NCBI GenBank assembly: GCA_963977015.1
Contig: CAXBMO010000006.1
Location: 1 to 64,000 of the forward strand
Origin: an uncultured bacterium
GTDB lineage: Bacteria > Verrucomicrobiota > Verrucomicrobiia > Verrucomicrobiales > DEV007
Length of the DNA: 64,000 nucleotides
Direction: 5' to 3'
Shown: one piece after another, positions 59,853 through 64,000 of the stretch
Numbering within the stretch: position 1 is the first letter of the stretch
Layout of the letters: each line of letters starts with the position of its first letter
The notes under the pieces: model-generated
The model's input: the letters and a program-made list of their open reading frames with translations, nothing else
What the model was told of the DNA's origin: nothing
Database searches by the model: none
Position numbers and translations under genes: made by a program

Positions 59853-60242
59853 ATGAATTCCAAAGTTCTGATTTCGTTTTTTCTCGCCGCTCTCACCGCA
59901 ACTTCGTTGGTCAGTTGTGCTTCCAATAGTCAACCAACCCGGAATCGCTATGAGTCGGCGGCGAATGTGATTCGCAAGGGACAGAACCAGGCGCAGATTC
60001 GGAATTATCTGGGTGACCCGAGAAGCCGGGAATTGTCGCCAAAGGGAGAAACCTGGATCTACGGAGGGTCCAAGCGGACCGCCGCAGATGAGCTGGTAAA
60101 TGTCGGAGTGGGGATGATTCCCTATGGAGGTGGCAGCATTCTCCGTGGAATTGGCCGGGCCCAGCGTGCGGATGCGCCGGGAGCGCGAATCACCTTCGAT
60201 CAAAGCGGGCGAGTGACGAATTACGTTTTTGATTTGCCGTAA
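59853..60242 (+). CDS. Lipoprotein, SmpA/OmlA (BamE-like) fold
   Basis: Lipobox LVSC; IRKGQNQAQIRNYLGDP...TWIY...ITFDQSGRV. Confidence 0.75.
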   Translation: MNSKVLISFFLAALTATSLVSCASNSQPTRNRYESAANVIRKGQNQAQIRNYLGDPRSRELSPKGETWIYGGSKRTAADELVNVGVGMIPYGGGSILRGIGRAQRADAPGARITFDQSGRVTNYVFDLP

Positions 60243-60330
60243 TCCGGATTTTCCGAGCGAGATTCCGCGAAAAAAAGTCGAATTGTAGGCCCGCAGAGTA
60301 CTCTGATTGGTGTTAGAATAGGGTAGTGCT

Positions 60331-60609
60331 ATGCCTAACGCCTGGACGGAGAAAACCGAGACGGTGCGTCGAAGAGACGTAGGGAAGAGCATTGTCTACC
60401 TGGAGCGATACTTCTTCGAAGAGGACTGGCGTTTTTACATCGATGCCAGTGGCCCCGATTATCGGGTATGGAAACGGACCAAGGGCTCCGAAGATCGAGC
60501 CGTGGAGATCTATCAGCGTTATGTGTTCTGGGTGTGGCTCATCGAGGCTTTTGGCCACTGGTATCCCGCGACCCGTTTTTTAACCTGGGTCATGCACAAG
60601 ACGATTTAG
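60331..60609 (+). CDS. Hypothetical protein
   Basis: 92-aa ORF in an otherwise empty interval. Confidence 0.45.
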   Translation: MPNAWTEKTETVRRRDVGKSIVYLERYFFEEDWRFYIDASGPDYRVWKRTKGSEDRAVEIYQRYVFWVWLIEAFGHWYPATRFLTWVMHKTI

Positions 60610-60716
60610 AGCAATTGAAGTGAAGGTGTCGCCAACGTCACTGAGGGGATTAGACGCCCCAGCAAGGTCTTCCTTCGGCGAGGCCGCACACCTTCTCGAG
60701 CCACCGGTTTGAACCG

Positions 60717-61397
60717 TCAGTCCACCTGATTCGCCTCACTTTTGACCGTCAAATCCGACAGAGCCTCCATCCATCGATCGGCCATCTTCTTCGCTCCAGC
60801 AGCGTTGGGATGAACCTTGTCGCCGACCGTATCAGTCTTCCAATCAAACCCTTTGGCTTGGTTTACAAGCAACACATGGTATCCATTTTTTGAAAGGCGC
60901 GAAGCAAGTGACTCCAGTTCCTTGTTCAACTCAGGGATGTACGAATACTTGGGAAGCTTTCCCGACGGAATCACCTGTGCCAAGAGAATCCTGACATCGG
61001 GATTGATCACGCTGATGTTTTGGATGATCGCTTCAGTATCGCGCACAATTCCGGGAACCGGCTGATTGTTGCTGAAACTGTTGTGCCCCGAATGGAGCAT
61101 CACGATATCAGCGGGAAACTTCTGATAAACTTCCGTTGAGATACGGCGCAGGTACTTCGTGTTCTTCCCTCCGTATCCCGCATGGGCGGAGGTGGAATCT
61201 TCGTTCGGGCCAATGAACTCATACGCTGCATTCTGCTCGTTCAACTGGGGGATCAAGACTTGCCGGTAACAGACAAAAGACGTTCCGCCTGCCGTAATCG
61301 AGTCTCCGAATGCCAGGACCGTGGGCGCTTCTCCCGCCAAAGCAGGAAAACCCGCCAAAACGAAAACTACCATCCAGATGTGCCAGAGCTTGTTCAT
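60717..61397 (-). CDS. SGNH/GDSL hydrolase (CE3-like esterase)
   Basis: FGDSITAG, HAGYGG, GHN, DKVHPN. Confidence 0.9.
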   Translation of the reverse strand: MNKLWHIWMVVFVLAGFPALAGEAPTVLAFGDSITAGGTSFVCYRQVLIPQLNEQNAAYEFIGPNEDSTSAHAGYGGKNTKYLRRISTEVYQKFPADIVMLHSGHNSFSNNQPVPGIVRDTEAIIQNISVINPDVRILLAQVIPSGKLPKYSYIPELNKELESLASRLSKNGYHVLLVNQAKGFDWKTDTVGDKVHPNAAGAKKMADRWMEALSDLTVKSEANQVD

Positions 61398-61750
61398 ATC
61401 TCGATCCTCTTTAGCGAACGATTGAGCGCACCCAACGGATGGCAAGTGAAAATCAACCCTGCCGACGAAGTTCACCAAAACAAGTCAACGATACTGCCGA
61501 ACAGATGTTTGAATCTCTAGCCAAGAGAGAACCTGGTTTCGTCAGCACGTATCGGCTTCCGTCTGAGCGACGGTTGGAGTGTCCTGCTCAGGTGGTTTTT
61601 AAGATGTGTTGAAGAAATTCCAAAGGAATCTCAAACGCCCAAATGCTGTTTCAGTGCACCTGTCGCCAATCAAGATGGCCAAGGTCTCGCCCGCCATCAA
61701 TTGACGCTTGAGCGGAACACCTTGGATTTGCAATCTGTGACTCGAAACTC

Positions 61751-61953
61751 AGCCTGAAAGGCTGAAACATGCCAGCCCCGGCCAGAGGGCGGAACGCCCG
61801 GCGGCCGGGGTAGTGATCAATGACGTTGGTTAGGCCTGAAAGGCCGGGACACCGGTTGTCAGCCCCATTCAGGGGCCAATTTTTCCCTTCAGCAATCAAT
61901 CCCAGGGCCGCGCTCGTTCGATTTGCCCTGGGCTTGTCTCAGCCCGATGGGCT
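61751..61953. repeat. Inverted pair of triple-hairpin elements, third family
   Basis: AGCCTGAAAGGCT, CCCCGGCC...GGCCGGGG and GGCCTGAAAGGCC facing GCCCCATTCAGGGGC, CCCAGGGC...GCCCTGGG and AGCCCGATGGGCT. Confidence 0.7.
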
Positions 61954-62008
61954 GGCACGTTGCATCCGAGGTTGGGGGAACCAGAAAGCTGGATATGAAA
62001 TCTGGCGC

Positions 62009-62272
62009 TTAAGCTACTGAAAATTCAATTCGCATTCGACGTCGCTCACCTCTTGGGACTCCATCCCATCTTCCATCAATCCAAACTCCTTTTACGTTCA
62101 CTTGAACTTTTGGTTTACTATTGTGGGAAAACTCAATTGGATTTTGGAATTCAACCATCCAGGATCGATTATGGTCATGGGATTCGATGGGCGTTGATTT
62201 CAAATTTTCGAGCAGGGTAACGTCTTCAATTACTCCTCCAATCTTGATTTGTGTTGATGGATAAGGTTCCAT
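62009..62272 (-). CDS. Hypothetical protein (low GC)
   Basis: 87-aa AT-rich ORF; GTTAGAT (attC R'-like) just upstream on the minus strand. Confidence 0.45.
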   Translation of the reverse strand: MEPYPSTQIKIGGVIEDVTLLENLKSTPIESHDHNRSWMVEFQNPIEFSHNSKPKVQVNVKGVWIDGRWDGVPRGERRRMRIEFSVA

Positions 62273-62473
62273 AAGAACTATTTATCTAACAAAATCAAAA
62301 TGTCAATCATGGCGAAATATCGCTTCGTTTAGCGAACTGGTAGTTATGAGAATGTAGTATCGGCGGGAAGGAAATTCGATCGATGCGCCGCAACGCGTCC
62401 CCTGAGATCGAACTGCCGTCTATCCCGAAAGAAGGCCGGTTGACATTGCGGCTGTTAGAGCGAAATCCGTTCC

Positions 62474-64000
62474 ATGCCAAAATCCCTTCTTTCGTTGCTC
62501 GTCCTGTCCCTTGCCGCAGGCGGATTGTTCGCTGCGGACATCGAGCTTTCCCCGTCCGGCCCGATCTCCACCCCGCAGGCGGCTCTCGATGCAGCGCGCA
62601 ATGCGGAAAAACCGGTCCGGATCGTGGTTCAGGAGGGAGTTTACTTCCTTTCAGCGCCGCTCGAACTGGGGCCCGAGGATTCGCAGGTCACCTGGGAAGC
62701 CGCGCCCGGAGCGAACCCGGTTTTCAGCGGCGGCAGAGCGATCACCGGCTGGAAAGACGCCGGCGACGGGCTGTGGCGGGCCGAGGTTCCCGGGGTCAAA
62801 GACGGGAACTGGAGGTTCGTCCAGCTCTGGATCGGCGGACGCCGGGCGACTTGCGCGCGGACTCCGAATCGCGGGTTTTTCCACATTGCCGATTCCTGCG
62901 CCCCGAACGTCTTTCCCGGAGTCGCGAAAACGGAACACCGCGCCTTTGCCGCCGCGCCGGAGGAGTTTGCAATTCTCGAGGCGATTCCGGAAAATCAGCG
63001 GGACGATCTCCTCATCACGGTGAGTCACGCCTGGTCCGTCGGTCAGTGCCGGGTGGAAGCGCTCGATGCGGCGACCGGTTCCGTTCTGATCCGGGGCGGC
63101 TCGCGTTACGGCTTCCTGACCCGCGAGACCAACCAGCGTTACTGGCTGGAGAACTATCGCGCCGCGCTCGATGCCCCCGGGGAGTGGTTTCTCGACCGCG
63201 CGGCTGGAGAGGTGCTCTATCGCCCCCTGCCCGGCGAGGACCTCAACGCGCTCGAAATCGTCGCGCCGGTCGCGGAACAATTCGCGGTCATCAAGGGCGC
63301 GGAGAACCTGGTTTTTCGCGGGATCACCTTCCGGCACGGCCAATATCTCTACCCGCAAAACGGGCTTCAAGACGGTCAGGCCGCAGTGGCGGTGGGCGGC
63401 GCGATTGAAATCGAGAACAGCCGCGGGATCCGGTTCGAAAACTGCGAGATCGGGCACATCGGCCGCCACGCCGTCTACTTCAAGAACGGCTGCTCGGACT
63501 CGGCGCTGGTCCATTGCCGGCTCCACGACCTCGGCGGGGGAGGGGTGCGAATCGGCGAAACCGGCCGTCCCGAACGTGAGCGTCTCTGCCGACGGATCGT
63601 GGTCGACGACTGCATCATCCAGCACGGCGGCCGGCTTCATCCCAGCGCCTGCGGGGTCACCCTGACTCATGCCGAAGATTGCGCGGTGACGCATTGCGAC
63701 ATCGGCGATCTCTACTACACCGGCGTCAGCTTCGGCTGGAACTGGGGCTACGGCGAAAGCGTCTCGCGCCGCAACCGGCTTGAGAACTGCCACATCCACC
63801 ACCTCGGCTGGGCCTATCTCAGCGACATGGGCGGCTTCTACAACCTGGGCAACGCCCCCGGAACCGTGATTCGCGGCAACCACGTCCACCACGTCGCCAG
63901 TTATCGCTACGGCGGCTGGGGCCTCTATACCGACGAAGGCAGCGGTGACGTGCTGATGGAGAACAACCTGGTTCACGACACCAGCGAAGCCGGTTTTCAT
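62474..64000 (+). CDS. Right-handed beta-helix glycoside hydrolase (GH141-like), runs off the window end
   Basis: Absent from the ORF track; read by hand: [17 protein letters not shown]...[12 protein letters not shown]...[14 protein letters not shown]...LSDMGGFY...[10 protein letters not shown]. Confidence 0.88.
   Translation, partial: MPKSLLSLLVLSLAAGGLFAADIELSPSGPISTPQAALDAARNAEKPVRIVVQEGVYFLSAPLELGPEDSQVTWEAAPGANPVFSGGRAITGWKDAGDGLWRAEVPGVKDGNWRFVQLWIGGRRATCARTPNRGFFHIADSCAPNVFPGVAKTEHRAFAAAPEEFAILEAIPENQRDDLLITVSHAWSVGQCRVEALDAATGSVLIRGGSRYGFLTRETNQRYWLENYRAALDAPGEWFLDRAAGEVLYRPLPGEDLNALEIVAPVAEQFAVIKGAENLVFRGITFRHGQYLYPQNGLQDGQAAVAVGGAIEIENSRGIRFENCEIGHIGRHAVYFKNGCSDSALVHCRLHDLGGGGVRIGETGRPERERLCRRIVVDDCIIQHGGRLHPSACGVTLTHAEDCAVTHCDIGDLYYTGVSFGWNWGYGESVSRRNRLENCHIHHLGWAYLSDMGGFYNLGNAPGTVIRGNHVHHVASYRYGGWGLYTDEGSGDVLMENNLVHDTSEAGFH

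Noticed and set aside
4356..64000. Long antisense ORFs (e.g. 4356-6056, 7419-9545, 9668-11350, 14779-16689, 21866-23638, 28553-30409, 62651-64000)
   Set aside because: Shadows of high-GC3 real genes on the opposite strand, with no recognisable motifs.

Overview
High-GC bacterial window, most likely PVC superphylum (probably Verrucomicrobiota). This is inferred from the DUF1501, DUF1592/DUF1552, LEPR-XLL and sulfatase content. Most genes encode secreted glycan-processing proteins: two sialate O-acetylesterase-type SGNH esterases, a GH62, a BNR/sialidase-like protein, DUF4838, a clan GH-A hydrolase, a polysaccharide-lyase-fold protein, two sulfatases, a GH141-like beta-helix protein and a sugar-acid SDR. 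There is also a 4784-aa LEPR-XLL/PA14/passenger-repeat surface protein. Accessory elements: (i) a stand-alone IS200-like Y1 HUH transposase between inverted triple-hairpin REP-like repeats, with related repeats scattered through the window and its own 3' end plus right repeat copied in tandem upstream; (ii) an integrase-less cassette island (~17.7-21.7 kb) with one intact attC-like site, immunity-like ORFs, an EF-Tu-domain-II-like mini-protein, and a truncated IS110 whose structured left end sits at a cassette core site; (iii) a DUF6088/AbiEii type IV TA pair whose toxin has a basic C-terminal extension; (iv) a convergent pair of signal-peptide-bearing caspase-fold proteases (C14 and TPR-CHAT) sharing recurring (T/D)RG motifs. 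No rRNA, tRNA or CRISPR array was recognised. All family calls come from motif recognition by eye; no database searches were run.
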